The notes below the pieces were generated by a model. It was not told the origin of the DNA, ran no database searches, and saw nothing but the letters and a program-made list of their open reading frames with translations. A stretch of DNA of 64,000 nt from an uncultured Candidatus Saccharibacteria bacterium (GTDB taxonomy: Bacteria > Patescibacteriota > Minisyncoccia > UBA6257 > UBA9933), in NCBI GenBank assembly GCA_964453135.1, contig CAYVOL010000001.1:88895-152894 (forward strand), given 5' to 3'. The position numbers and the translations under genes are program-made. Below, piece after piece: positions 1 to 9,201 of the stretch. The stretch's first letter is position 1. The number at the start of each line of letters is the position of its first letter.

Positions 1-44
1 CTCCGATAATAGCCTGGAGCATAAGCGACAATGAAATTTATTAT

Positions 45-647
45 TTGGCGGCTTCCAGTTCTTCCGCCGCGCCGACGCTTTACTCTTTCGACTTGACTCG
101 TCAGTCCACTGCCGAGATAAAAGAGATAGGAGAACAAAAAAATATCGTCCCTCTAAAAATGGAAATTTCTCCCGACAAAAAATTACTGGGAGTTCTTGAC
201 GATGAAAATAATTTTTATCTATTAAGCCTATCAAGCCCGGAAAATAACTTCCTCAATAAAATTCCCGAGAAAATTTCTTTAACGCGCGATTTTGATTTTT
301 CTCCGGACGGCAAAAAACTGGCGGTGCTGAATAAAAATAATTCGCTGGATATTTTTTATTTAGAAGATTTTGACTGGGAAACGCGCAAAAAAGCGGGCGA
401 TATGAGCAAAATAAATTTAGAAGAAAAACGGGCTGTTGATAAAATTCTTTGGGACAACGATTCTTTGCATATCTTTTATGCGTCGGAAAAAGAAAACGGG
501 ACGATAATCAAAGTGGCGGAAATAAACGAAGGACGCCCGGTCAATATTTATAAAATCGCGGAAAATTTTTCCGACTGGTTTTACCAGAAAAATAGCGGTG
601 TGTTTTTTCTGCTCCAAAACAATGTTTTAAACAAGATAATATGGTAG
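45..647 (+). CDS. Hypothetical protein, probably 5'-partial. The frame is open to the window start and the TTG at 45 is only the ORF-track start. The repetitive SPD-K-L/FYL pattern suggests a beta-propeller or TolB-like repeat.
   Basis: ORF track; no stop codon in frame back to position 3; repeated '...SPDKKLL...FYLL' and '...SPDGKKLAVL...FYL' segments. Confidence 0.35.
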   Translation: MAASSSSAAPTLYSFDLTRQSTAEIKEIGEQKNIVPLKMEISPDKKLLGVLDDENNFYLLSLSSPENNFLNKIPEKISLTRDFDFSPDGKKLAVLNKNNSLDIFYLEDFDWETRKKAGDMSKINLEEKRAVDKILWDNDSLHIFYASEKENGTIIKVAEINEGRPVNIYKIAENFSDWFYQKNSGVFFLLQNNVLNKIIW

Positions 648-1453
648 CCAAATACGAAGTGCGCACGGAACAATTTGAGGGACCCTTGGAAAAACTGCTG
701 GAGCTGATTGAAGCGAAAAAAATGGAAATCACCCAACTGAATTTGGCAATGGTAACGGACGACTTTCTGCGATATTTGGAGAGTTTAAAAAAGCGCCGCT
801 CAAAGGTGGATGCCGGGGCGAATTCTGGGACGGATTCTAACGCGGCTCATAACGAAACAAGACCAGAGGGATTGGTTGAGCGAAAAGACGAGGCGGAGGT
901 AAAAATACTGGCGGATTTTTTGGTGGTGGCCTCGCGCCTGCTTTTGATAAAATCAAAAGCCCTTCTTCCGGAATTGGAACTTTCCGCCGAAGAAGAGGAG
1001 GATATCAAAGATTTGGAAAAGCGGCTGAAATTTTATTCTGAATTCAAACCAGCCGTCGTTTCTCTTAAAAAATTAAGCGAGGGAAAAACTGCTCTTTTTA
1101 GCCGGCCATTGCTCCTGGGAAGGCCGGCGATTTTTTATCCTTCCCCATCCGCCACGATAAACACGCTTCATCGGGCAATGGAAAATATTTTCCAGACGCT
1201 TCAGCAGATGTCTCTGGAATTTCAAACAATTGAGCCGGTTCTTATAAAACTGGAAGAGAAAATTGAGGAAATTGTCGGAAAAATTCAGCAAGGCATCAGA
1301 CATTTCGGGCATTTAATCAAAGAAAAATCCCGCCAGGAAATCGTGGTAATGTTTCTGGCTCTTCTCCACCTGCTGCGGGAGCAAAGCATTGAAGCGGAAC
1401 AAAAAGAAAAATTCTCGGAGATCGTGATAAGGAAAAAAGATATTCCGTCTTAG
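641..1453 (+). CDS. scpA: Segregation and condensation protein A (ScpA kleisin)
   Basis: N-terminal 'FEGPLEKLLELIEAKKMEITQLNLAMVTDDFLRYL' matches the ScpA signature, and a length of 270 aa is typical. Confidence 0.8.
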   Translation: MVAKYEVRTEQFEGPLEKLLELIEAKKMEITQLNLAMVTDDFLRYLESLKKRRSKVDAGANSGTDSNAAHNETRPEGLVERKDEAEVKILADFLVVASRLLLIKSKALLPELELSAEEEEDIKDLEKRLKFYSEFKPAVVSLKKLSEGKTALFSRPLLLGRPAIFYPSPSATINTLHRAMENIFQTLQQMSLEFQTIEPVLIKLEEKIEEIVGKIQQGIRHFGHLIKEKSRQEIVVMFLALLHLLREQSIEAEQKEKFSEIVIRKKDIPS

Positions 1454-1686
1454 TTATCTCTTGCTTTTTTTAGGCGCTCGATATGCGCCATAAGTTCTTT
1501 AATAGCGGGAGAGTCGGCCGGCAAAGACAATTTGTCGCGTTTGGCCTCCAGGCGCGCAATTTCTTTATCAATCGCGCCAAAATTTTTCCCGGAAAGCTTC
1601 GCCGCTTCTTCTTCATGCAGTATCGCCTCTTCTTCTATATCTTCTTTTTCAACATTAAAAAATTGCGAGGGAGATTCTATGCTCAT
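1453..1686 (-). CDS. Small coiled-coil hypothetical protein (about 78 aa, start MSIESPSQFF). It sits downstream of rplK, where rplA would normally be.
   Basis: In-frame ATG at 1684-1686 inside ORF-track entry 1450..1761; charged coiled-coil composition; same strand as and directly after rplK. Confidence 0.35.
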
Positions 1687-1699
1687 AAGTATCTTATTT

Positions 1700-2122
1700 C
1701 TAGACCACTTCAATACCCATACTGCGGGCCGTGCCTTCAATGATTTTCGCGGCAGATTCAATGTCGTTGGCGTTTAAGTCAACCATCTTTTTTTCGGCAA
1801 TTTCTTTAATCTGCGCCTTAGTTACTTTGCCGGCTTTTTTCTTAAGCGGGTCGCCCGAGCCCTTCCCTATTCCCGCGGCTTTCCGCAATAAATCGGAAGC
1901 AGGCGGAGTTTTTAATTTAAACTCAAAAGTGCGGTCCTCAAAAATAGTAATCTCGGCCGGAATAATGCTGCCGGTCATTGTTTTGGTGGCCTCGTTAAAC
2001 TGCTGGCAAAACTGGGCGATGTTGATGCCGTGCGGACCCAAAGCCGTGCCCACGGGAGGAGCCGGGTTGGCCGCTCCGGCCTGTAATTGAAGTTTTAAAA
2101 TTGTTTTGATTGGTTTAGCCAT
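1700..2122 (-). CDS. rplK: 50S ribosomal protein L11
   Basis: '[35 protein letters not shown]' is the canonical L11 N-terminus; 140 aa. Confidence 0.95.
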   Translation of the reverse strand: MAKPIKTILKLQLQAGAANPAPPVGTALGPHGINIAQFCQQFNEATKTMTGSIIPAEITIFEDRTFEFKLKTPPASDLLRKAAGIGKGSGDPLKKKAGKVTKAQIKEIAEKKMVDLNANDIESAAKIIEGTARSMGIEVV

Positions 2123-2129
2123 ATTATTT

Positions 2130-2771
2130 TTATATTTTTCTTACCTGCAATGAATCTAATTCTATTGATGTTTCCCGTCCGAAAATGGGGACCATTACTT
2201 TTATTTTTCCCTGTTCTTCGTCCACGGACGATATTTTTCCTTCGTAATCTTTGAACGGGCCGTCGGTGATTTTCACCAAATCTCCGGCGCGGTATTCTAT
2301 CTTGAATTTCTTGTCTTCTTCTCCCTTTATTCTGGAAAGCAATGTTTCCACCTCTTCCTTGGACAAAGGGGTGGGGTCGGTGGTGTCGGCTCCGACAAAT
2401 CCCATTACCCGCGGCGTATTTCTCACCACATACCAGGAATCTTCGTCCATCACCATGTCCACCAAAACATAGCCGTGATATATTTTTTCCTCCACTTCTT
2501 TCCGCTTGCCGTTTTTAATGACAATTTTCTTTTCTTTGGGAACAAGAATGCTGAAAATCTTGTTGTGCATTTCCAAGGATTCCACTCTCTGTTTCAGATA
2601 GCGGGACACCGCGTCCTCGTAGCCGGCGGAAGTATGCACCGCATACCAATGCCGCTCGCCTTTTTTGGAAAGTCCCCGACGGGGAGAACTTTTTTCTTTC
2701 GTACGCTCTGAAGAAATGCCTTTCGGTGAAGCCCCTTCTTTTTTATCCTGTTTTAACAAGTCGTCGCTCAT
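2130..2771 (-). CDS. nusG: Transcription termination/antitermination factor NusG (with an N-terminal basic extension)
   Basis: NGN motif '[14 protein letters not shown]', C-terminal KOW '[18 protein letters not shown]'; position between secE and rplK. Confidence 0.9.
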   Translation of the reverse strand: MSDDLLKQDKKEGASPKGISSERTKEKSSPRRGLSKKGERHWYAVHTSAGYEDAVSRYLKQRVESLEMHNKIFSILVPKEKKIVIKNGKRKEVEEKIYHGYVLVDMVMDEDSWYVVRNTPRVMGFVGADTTDPTPLSKEEVETLLSRIKGEEDKKFKIEYRAGDLVKITDGPFKDYEGKISSVDEEQGKIKVMVPIFGRETSIELDSLQVRKI

Positions 2772-2781
2772 AAATAAAATG

Positions 2782-2967
2782 TTATAGCAAGAAATTGCCT
2801 ATCAAATAATGAAAGGCCGCGTCTAAAACTCCCAAAAACACCGCCAAACCCAAAGACAAGCCGATAACCATTAAGGTCATGTTTATCGTTTCCTTGCGGC
2901 TGGGCCAGTTTACTCTTTTCAATTCCGAGTAAGACTCTTGAAGATAAAATTTTAAACGTTGAATCAT
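2782..2967 (-). CDS. secE: Preprotein translocase subunit SecE
   Basis: 61 aa, a single C-terminal TM helix, 'LKRVNWPSRKE' motif; the conserved secE-nusG-rplK gene order. Confidence 0.8.
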   Translation of the reverse strand: MIQRLKFYLQESYSELKRVNWPSRKETINMTLMVIGLSLGLAVFLGVLDAAFHYLIGNFLL

Positions 2968-3033
2968 TTAGCGGTACTGCTGTCAAAAAATTGAAGACAG
3001 CGTTAAACAACGCCCATATTAACGATTTTGCCT

Positions 3034-5058
3034 TTATATGTCAAGATTTTTCACCAAAGAGGCCTTGGTTTGGATAAACTGCTTGCGCGGCTCCACCTGG
3101 TCGCTCATTAAAACTTCAAACAAGCGGTCGGCTTCTTCCGCGTCTTCCACGGTCACTAATTTCAAAACGCGGTTTTCGGGATTCATTGTTGTTTCCCATA
3201 ATTGTTCCGGATTCATCTCGCCTAAACCTTTATAGCGCTGGATGTTGACGCCTTTAATCGCCGTGTCGCCGGCTGCGGTTTCTTCAGCGCTGTTCTCTTC
3301 GCCTTTCTGACGTTTAATTTCGGTTTTCAGTTTCGCGTTTTGAGATTTAAGCTTCTGCCACTCCTCAATGGCGGAATTTTTCTCCTGGTCGTTATAAACG
3401 TATTTAATTTCTTTTCCTGATTGAAGACGATACAAAGGCGGTTGGGCGATATACAAATTGCCGCTTTCCACCACGGGACGGAAATAACGATAAAACAAGG
3501 TCAGAAGCAAAGTTCGGATATGCGCACCGTCGCTGTCGGCATCGGTCATTATAACGATTTTATGGTAGCGCAGTTTGGCAATATCAAAGCTGTCGCTAAT
3601 GGCCGTGCCCAAAGCGATAACCAAAGATTTTATTTCATTGTTGGCGAGCATTTTATCAATGCGGGCTTTTTCCACGTTCAAAATTTTTCCCCGCAAAGGA
3701 AGAATGGCTTGGAATTTTCGGTCGCGTCCGGATTTCGCCGAGCCGCCGGCGCTATCCCCTTCCACGATGAACAATTCAGACTCTTCCGCGCTTCGGCTGG
3801 AACAATCCGCAAGTTTGCCGGGTAAAGTCATTCCTTCCAAAGCGCCCTTGCGAAGAACCGTATCTTTGGCGGCTTTAGCGGCTTTTCTCGCTTTCTGCGC
3901 CAAAAGACATTTTTCAATAATGGCGCGCGCCTCGGATGAATATTTCTCCAAAAATTCTTTCAAAGATTCCGAGACCGCGGTTTCCACGGCATTGCGAGCC
4001 GCCGGCGTTCCCAAGCGAGCCTTGGTCTGGCCTTCAAACTGCGGCTCCCTTAATTTCACGGAAACAATGGCCGTAAGCCCTTCGCGCACGTCGTCGCCAG
4101 TCAAATTATCTTCGTTGGCTTTCAGATAATTGCCGCTTCTGGCGTAATCGTTTAACGCGCGGGTAAGAGCAGTGCGAAAACCAGTCAAGTGAGTGCCGCC
4201 GTCCGGCGTGTAAATATTATTGGCAAAGCTGTACTCTCGTATGTCCACGTCATCGTTAAAAACAAAGGCAACCTCCACTTCTATTTCATCCGCTGTCTTA
4301 TTCGTATAGAAAAATTCTTTTTGAATGGGCTGATGGGCTTCGTTGAGATGGCGGAGAAAAGAAGTAAGTCCGCCTTCAAAATAAAAAGTGTGGCTGAAAG
4401 GGGCTTTCTCGCGGCTGTCTAAAATATCAATGCGCACGCCTTTGGTTAAAAACGCCTGCTGTCTCAAATGGTCTAAAACTTTTTTGCGGTCAAAATCAAC
4501 TTTGCTGAAAATTTCTTCGTCCGGCTCAAAAATCACGCGCGTGCCGGTCTCGTCGCAACGGCCGCCTTTCTTTACGGCAAACTTCGGCTTCCCTTTTTCG
4601 TATTCCTGAAAATAAAGATTTCCGCCGCGGCACACTTCCACGCGCATCCATTTAGACAAAGCATTGACCACGGAAACGCCCACGCCGTGAAGCCCGCCGG
4701 AAACTTTATACGAATCCCCGCCGAATTTTCCGCCGGCGTGAAGCGTGCACATCACGGTTTCCAAAGCCGATTTTTTCGTCTGCGGATGAATGTCTACCGG
4801 AATGCCCCGGCCGTCGTCAGCCACAGCCATGCGGTTGTTTTCCAAAAATTCCACTTTGACATTTTTGGCAAAACCGGCCATGGCTTCATCCAAACTGTTG
4901 TCAACCACTTCCCAAATCAAGTGGTGCAATCCGTCCACGCCCGTGCCGCCGATATACATTCCCGGACGCTTCCTTACCGGCTCAAGCCCTTCCAAAACAT
5001 AAATATCTTTGGCTTCGTAAGAGCTGTTATTGTTGGAGTTGTTGGCAGTTTTATTCAT
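3034..5058 (-). CDS. gyrB: DNA gyrase subunit B (type IIA topoisomerase ATPase subunit)
   Basis: GHKL ATPase motifs 'GLHHLIWEVVDNSLDE', Toprim 'LFIVEGDSAGGSAK', 'PLRGKILNVE'; 674 aa. Confidence 0.9.
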   Translation of the reverse strand: MNKTANNSNNNSSYEAKDIYVLEGLEPVRKRPGMYIGGTGVDGLHHLIWEVVDNSLDEAMAGFAKNVKVEFLENNRMAVADDGRGIPVDIHPQTKKSALETVMCTLHAGGKFGGDSYKVSGGLHGVGVSVVNALSKWMRVEVCRGGNLYFQEYEKGKPKFAVKKGGRCDETGTRVIFEPDEEIFSKVDFDRKKVLDHLRQQAFLTKGVRIDILDSREKAPFSHTFYFEGGLTSFLRHLNEAHQPIQKEFFYTNKTADEIEVEVAFVFNDDVDIREYSFANNIYTPDGGTHLTGFRTALTRALNDYARSGNYLKANEDNLTGDDVREGLTAIVSVKLREPQFEGQTKARLGTPAARNAVETAVSESLKEFLEKYSSEARAIIEKCLLAQKARKAAKAAKDTVLRKGALEGMTLPGKLADCSSRSAEESELFIVEGDSAGGSAKSGRDRKFQAILPLRGKILNVEKARIDKMLANNEIKSLVIALGTAISDSFDIAKLRYHKIVIMTDADSDGAHIRTLLLTLFYRYFRPVVESGNLYIAQPPLYRLQSGKEIKYVYNDQEKNSAIEEWQKLKSQNAKLKTEIKRQKGEENSAEETAAGDTAIKGVNIQRYKGLGEMNPEQLWETTMNPENRVLKLVTVEDAEEADRLFEVLMSDQVEPRKQFIQTKASLVKNLDI

Positions 5059-5205
5059 TTAATTTTCTTATTATCCATAAAATTTTACCAAAAAAATTAA
5101 GAAATGACAATTTTTTGCCCGGGAAAAATGAACCAAACAAAAAAGGAGCTGGTCAGGCTCCCCTCGCGTCCGCCGGCTGGCGGAGGCGATTGTTTATAGA
5201 CCTCT

Positions 5206-7053
5206 TTAGAATAATGTTTCAGCGTCCGCATCCATTACCATATCATCAGATTTGTTTATCTGATGGCGGACCAGCCGCTGATATTCAGAACACTTGAGCA
5301 TCAACTCATCGTGCACGCCCTCTCCAACAACCCTGCCTTTATCAAACACAACAATCTTATCGGCATTCCTGATTGTCGAAAACCGATGAGCGATAATGAT
5401 CGTGGTGCGGCCCCTGGAGGCCTTCTCAATTGAGAGGCGAATAAACGCTTCATTCTGAGCATCCAAATTACTCGTCGCCTCATCAAAAATAAGAATATCA
5501 GGGTTTTTCACCAACGCCCGGGCAATCCCGACTCGTTGGCGCTCGCCGCCGGACAGTTTAACGCCTCTTTCGCCGATAAGCGTGTCATAACCCCGCTCCA
5601 GGCGATCAAAAAATCTATCTATGCACGCCATCTGGGCAATCTGGTCTAACTTCTTCTCGGTAATAGCGCTGGCTTGCCCATTGAGCGCGTAAGTGATGTT
5701 GTACCGCAAGGTCTCGTCAAATAACGGAACATGCTGCTCCACCAGACCCACGTGCTCGCGTAAATGGTTAAGGTCAAGAACTCGCAGATCATTACCGTCA
5801 ATCGTAATCTGCCCTTCCTTGACGTCTTCCGCGCGGAGCAAAGCGTGAACCGCCGTAGTTTTACCAGCGCCGGATTCTCCGACAAAGGCGACCGTCTGGC
5901 CGGATTCTATGGCAAAACTTACGCCTCTTAATGCCGGACCGGTTTGCTTTTCCGGCTTCGCCACCTCGGATGCGTCTTCGTCATCTTCGTCCGCTTGTTT
6001 GTCGCGACGAGGATATTCAAAAGTTACGTTCTTGAATTCTATCCTGCCGGCAAACTTAACGGGACGGACTGGATTGGGAATCACTTTTACGCTTGGCTCC
6101 AAATCCAGCAGTTCAAAATACTTTTTTACTGACGCATACATGCTTACGATGCGCCGCTGAAGCTGTCCGACTGTCCCGACTTGGGAAAGCGCATTACCCG
6201 CCCACGACCAGAAAATCACCAGATGCCCCGGCGTATAGACGCCGTTATACACGTAGTATATCCCGATGGCCATTACGGAAAATCTGGTCAGTCCAACGAT
6301 GATGTTGCGAGCAAATGCCCATTTTACAAAATTAAGCCAGATATCCTGAAACTGGGCGTGAATCTCGCGTAAATTGGCGTCGCTTTCGCGGACTGCCCGT
6401 TTTTCCTGGCTGTTAATTAGGACGAGTTCGGCGTTGCGGTAGATCTCTCCGCGAAAACGGGCATTTTCATGATAGGCCTTATCAACCCGTTTCAGCGGTT
6501 TCTGAACTTTCAGATTACCCGCGATGATAGCCGCTACAAACGACACCATTCCAACGACAACCACCAAGCCGAGCGGCCAGCTCAAATACAACAGAGCGCC
6601 CACCATAAAGATTATTTGAACAACTACCGGAAGCACCTCGTACATCAGCGTGTAAGCCAGGGACGTTAAAGAGTGCTGGCCCTTCGACACAATACTTTCC
6701 TTCATTCCGCTGTTCTGCGCTATGTGCTGTCCGACTGATAAACTCAGAACCTTCTCCATGGTCTTCTTGCTGATATATTCGGGAACCGCGAATTCAACAT
6801 TTTTGATTTCGAATACTTCGCGATAATACCCGACAACTACGTTCTGAAGAATGAATGCGACAAACGCCGCGCCCATAATCCAATACGTGAAACTCATCGG
6901 CCTTTTTTGAATAAGACAATCGATGAGCATCCCCTGAAAGTATGGGGCGGCAAGCGCCAAAATCTGCACGACAGCAATAAACACAAACACAATAACGACA
7001 CTGCTCCTGAACGGGGCGTAAATTTCCCATACTTTTTTTAAAAACTGTTTCAT
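5206..7053 (-). CDS. ABC transporter, fused permease/ATP-binding exporter (MsbA/ABCB-like), with an acidic insertion before the Walker A motif
   Basis: Six-TM N-terminal domain; Walker A 'GESGAGKTT', signature 'LSGGERQRV', Walker B 'ILIFDEATS'; insertion 'RRDKQADEDDEDASEVAKPEKQ'. Confidence 0.85.
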   Translation of the reverse strand: MKQFLKKVWEIYAPFRSSVVIVFVFIAVVQILALAAPYFQGMLIDCLIQKRPMSFTYWIMGAAFVAFILQNVVVGYYREVFEIKNVEFAVPEYISKKTMEKVLSLSVGQHIAQNSGMKESIVSKGQHSLTSLAYTLMYEVLPVVVQIIFMVGALLYLSWPLGLVVVVGMVSFVAAIIAGNLKVQKPLKRVDKAYHENARFRGEIYRNAELVLINSQEKRAVRESDANLREIHAQFQDIWLNFVKWAFARNIIVGLTRFSVMAIGIYYVYNGVYTPGHLVIFWSWAGNALSQVGTVGQLQRRIVSMYASVKKYFELLDLEPSVKVIPNPVRPVKFAGRIEFKNVTFEYPRRDKQADEDDEDASEVAKPEKQTGPALRGVSFAIESGQTVAFVGESGAGKTTAVHALLRAEDVKEGQITIDGNDLRVLDLNHLREHVGLVEQHVPLFDETLRYNITYALNGQASAITEKKLDQIAQMACIDRFFDRLERGYDTLIGERGVKLSGGERQRVGIARALVKNPDILIFDEATSNLDAQNEAFIRLSIEKASRGRTTIIIAHRFSTIRNADKIVVFDKGRVVGEGVHDELMLKCSEYQRLVRHQINKSDDMVMDADAETLF

Positions 7054-7231
7054 GCGTCATCCTCCTTTTCTGATAAGCTGGATGCTTTTCCTGTTTTTAG
7101 TTATAAAAGAGCGCGTCACTCTCATTGCAGAGAAAATACATTATACATTAAAATAAGCGCAAAGTCAATGACGATTTTGAAAACCAAATCCGCTTGCCCA
7201 ACCGTTAAAATCAAGATAATATAGGGGCAAG

Positions 7232-7516
7232 ATGCTGAATAATGACTACTTAGAAACCCTGCGAGAACGGGCAAAGGAATCGCGGGCGCATAAAAAGTTC
7301 CAGTTTATCGGCGTGGAAATCGCCAAAATTTTAGACGATCCGAAACATACCGCGCTTTATATTAAATTAGCCAAAGAGCGGGGCGAGGAAAGATTAATGC
7401 GCCTCGCCAAAGAAGTCGGCGAAAGAAAAAACATTAAAAATAAAGGCGCTTATTTTATGAGGATTTTAACCAAAGATGCCCCCAAGCCGTCGAAAAATAT
7501 AAACGCGAAAAAATAA
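7232..7516 (+). CDS. Hypothetical basic protein (94 aa); its stop overlaps the def start (TAATG)
   Basis: ORF track; coding-like composition; ATG of def at 7516 overlaps this stop codon. Confidence 0.4.
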   Translation: MLNNDYLETLRERAKESRAHKKFQFIGVEIAKILDDPKHTALYIKLAKERGEERLMRLAKEVGERKNIKNKGAYFMRILTKDAPKPSKNINAKK

Positions 7517-8073
7517 TGAAGCCGGATAATACTTTCAAAATCTTCACCATCGCCGACAAAGCCGAGGAAAAATTCCTGCGCGCCAAAACAGCTGATTTTG
7601 ATTTTTCCCGATTTTCCCGCCAGGACATAAAAGATTTGGTGGAAAAGTTAAAGAAAGCGATGGCGGAAAACCACGGCATCGGGCTGGCCGCCAATCAGAT
7701 TGGCCTAAATATAAAAGTTTTTATTGCCGTCATTCCGTCAATGCGGAACCGCGAAAAAAAATCCACCGAGGCGGCAATTGGCCAACCTCAAATTCCAAAC
7801 GGGAAATTTTACGCTATTTTCAATCCGGAAATCGCCGCTTATTCTCGAGAAACTGAAATCGCCGAAGAAGGGTGCTTGAGCGTGCCTGGAATTTACGGCG
7901 AAGTGGAGCGCGCGTCGGAAATCGCTTTAGTCGGCTTCAATAAAGACGGCCGCCGCGTGAGAATAAAAGCCCAAGGACTTGTTGCCCGCGTATTTCAGCA
8001 CGAAATTGACCATTTGAACGGAATCCTATTCATTGATAAGGCGAAGGAATTACATAAAGTCGCGGACAACTAA
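7516..8073 (+). CDS. def: Peptide deformylase
   Basis: Motifs 'GIGLAANQIG', 'EGCLSVPG', 'QHEIDHLNG'. Confidence 0.9.
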   Translation: MKPDNTFKIFTIADKAEEKFLRAKTADFDFSRFSRQDIKDLVEKLKKAMAENHGIGLAANQIGLNIKVFIAVIPSMRNREKKSTEAAIGQPQIPNGKFYAIFNPEIAAYSRETEIAEEGCLSVPGIYGEVERASEIALVGFNKDGRRVRIKAQGLVARVFQHEIDHLNGILFIDKAKELHKVADN

Positions 8074-8079
8074 CGATAT

Positions 8080-8937
8080 ATGAATTTTGTTTTTTTCGGC
8101 AGTCCAAATTTTGCCTCTATAATTTTGGAGAAATTAGTCAAAGCCGGTTTTATTCCCGCGGCAGTTGTCTGCAACCCCGACAAGCCCGTGGGAAGAAAAA
8201 AAATAATCACTCCGCCGGCAGTGAAATCGTTAATCTTAAAACATAGCTCATGGAACATGGATATCTTACAGCCGGAAAATCTTGATTCAGATTTCCAGTT
8301 TCAGGTTTCAGGTTTCAAGCCCGATGTATTCATCGTTGCCGCCTACGCCAAGATTTTGCCGAAAGAAATCATCGCAATTCCAAAAATGGGCGCTATCGGC
8401 GTTCATCCCTCGCTTCTTCCCAAACACCGCGGCTCCGCTCCCATTCAAAATCAAATCCTCCAAGGAGATAAAACAGGCGGCACGACGCTTTTTTTAATTG
8501 ATGAAAAAATGGACAACGGGCCGATTTTATCCCAAAAAGAAATTGCGATTGAAAACCAAAATTACGAGGAACTGGAAAAGGAGCTGGCGGACTTAAGCGC
8601 GGAACTTTTAATTGAAACTCTGCCGAAATTTTTAGAGAAGAAAATTACTCCTCAAAAACAAAACAGCTCGTTCGCCACCTACACCAAAAAATTTACCAGC
8701 CAAGACGGCTTTATAGAATTTGCCGATTTAGAAAAAGCGCAAAAAGGAGGAGAGATCGCCATTAAAATTGGCAGAAAAATCCGGGCTCTTAATCCCGAGC
8801 CGGGGGTATGGACAATTTATCAAAATAAAAGAGTAAAAATTCTAAAAGCAGAAATTTCGGCGGAGGGAAAATTAAAACTTATCACTATCCAATGGGAAGG
8901 AAAAAAACCGACGCCGGCAGAAAACTTGGCGGCTTAA
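8080..8937 (+). CDS. fmt: Methionyl-tRNA formyltransferase
   Basis: Formyltransferase core 'HPSLLPKHRGSAPIQNQILQGDKTGGTTLF'; directly downstream of def. Confidence 0.9.
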   Translation: MNFVFFGSPNFASIILEKLVKAGFIPAAVVCNPDKPVGRKKIITPPAVKSLILKHSSWNMDILQPENLDSDFQFQVSGFKPDVFIVAAYAKILPKEIIAIPKMGAIGVHPSLLPKHRGSAPIQNQILQGDKTGGTTLFLIDEKMDNGPILSQKEIAIENQNYEELEKELADLSAELLIETLPKFLEKKITPQKQNSSFATYTKKFTSQDGFIEFADLEKAQKGGEIAIKIGRKIRALNPEPGVWTIYQNKRVKILKAEISAEGKLKLITIQWEGKKPTPAENLAA

Positions 8938-8980
8938 AAATCTTGAAATATATCGGGTGAACGGGTAGAGTATAAAGATT

Positions 8981-9051
8981 GCCGGGTCGTCTAATGGTAG
9001 GACGTTTGGCTCTGAACCAAAAAATTGGGGTTCGACTCCCTGCCCGGCAGC
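8981..9051 (+). tRNA. tRNA-Gln (anticodon CTG)
   Basis: Manual cloverleaf: acceptor GCCGGGT/GCCCGGC, anticodon stem TTTGG/CCAAA with loop CTCTGAA, T-arm GGGGTTCGACTCCC; no encoded CCA. Confidence 0.7.
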
Positions 9052-9167
9052 TATCTTTCGCTAGAGCTACAGAATAGCATGTATTACACTTGTAGCAACT
9101 ATTCGTCGGGATTGGATTAGTAAAAAGTTCGGATTTTGTTTTCAGTAGACACAGCAGCGGTCAGCGC

Positions 9168-9196
9168 AATAAAAACCGCCTTTCAGCGGTTTTTCT
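9168..9196 (-). terminator. Rho-independent terminator downstream of copA (stem AAAACCGC/GCGGTTTT, U-tract on the minus strand)
   Basis: Hairpin 'aaaaccgcctttcagcggttttt' immediately 3' of the copA stop at 9202. Confidence 0.5.
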
Positions 9197-9201
9197 TCTG
9201 A

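Noticed and set aside
3034-5058. Calling the type IIA topoisomerase B subunit ParE rather than GyrB
   Set aside because: The 674-aa length with the GyrB-type insertion region, and the absence of an adjacent parC, favour gyrB. Without gyrA context this remains slightly uncertain.
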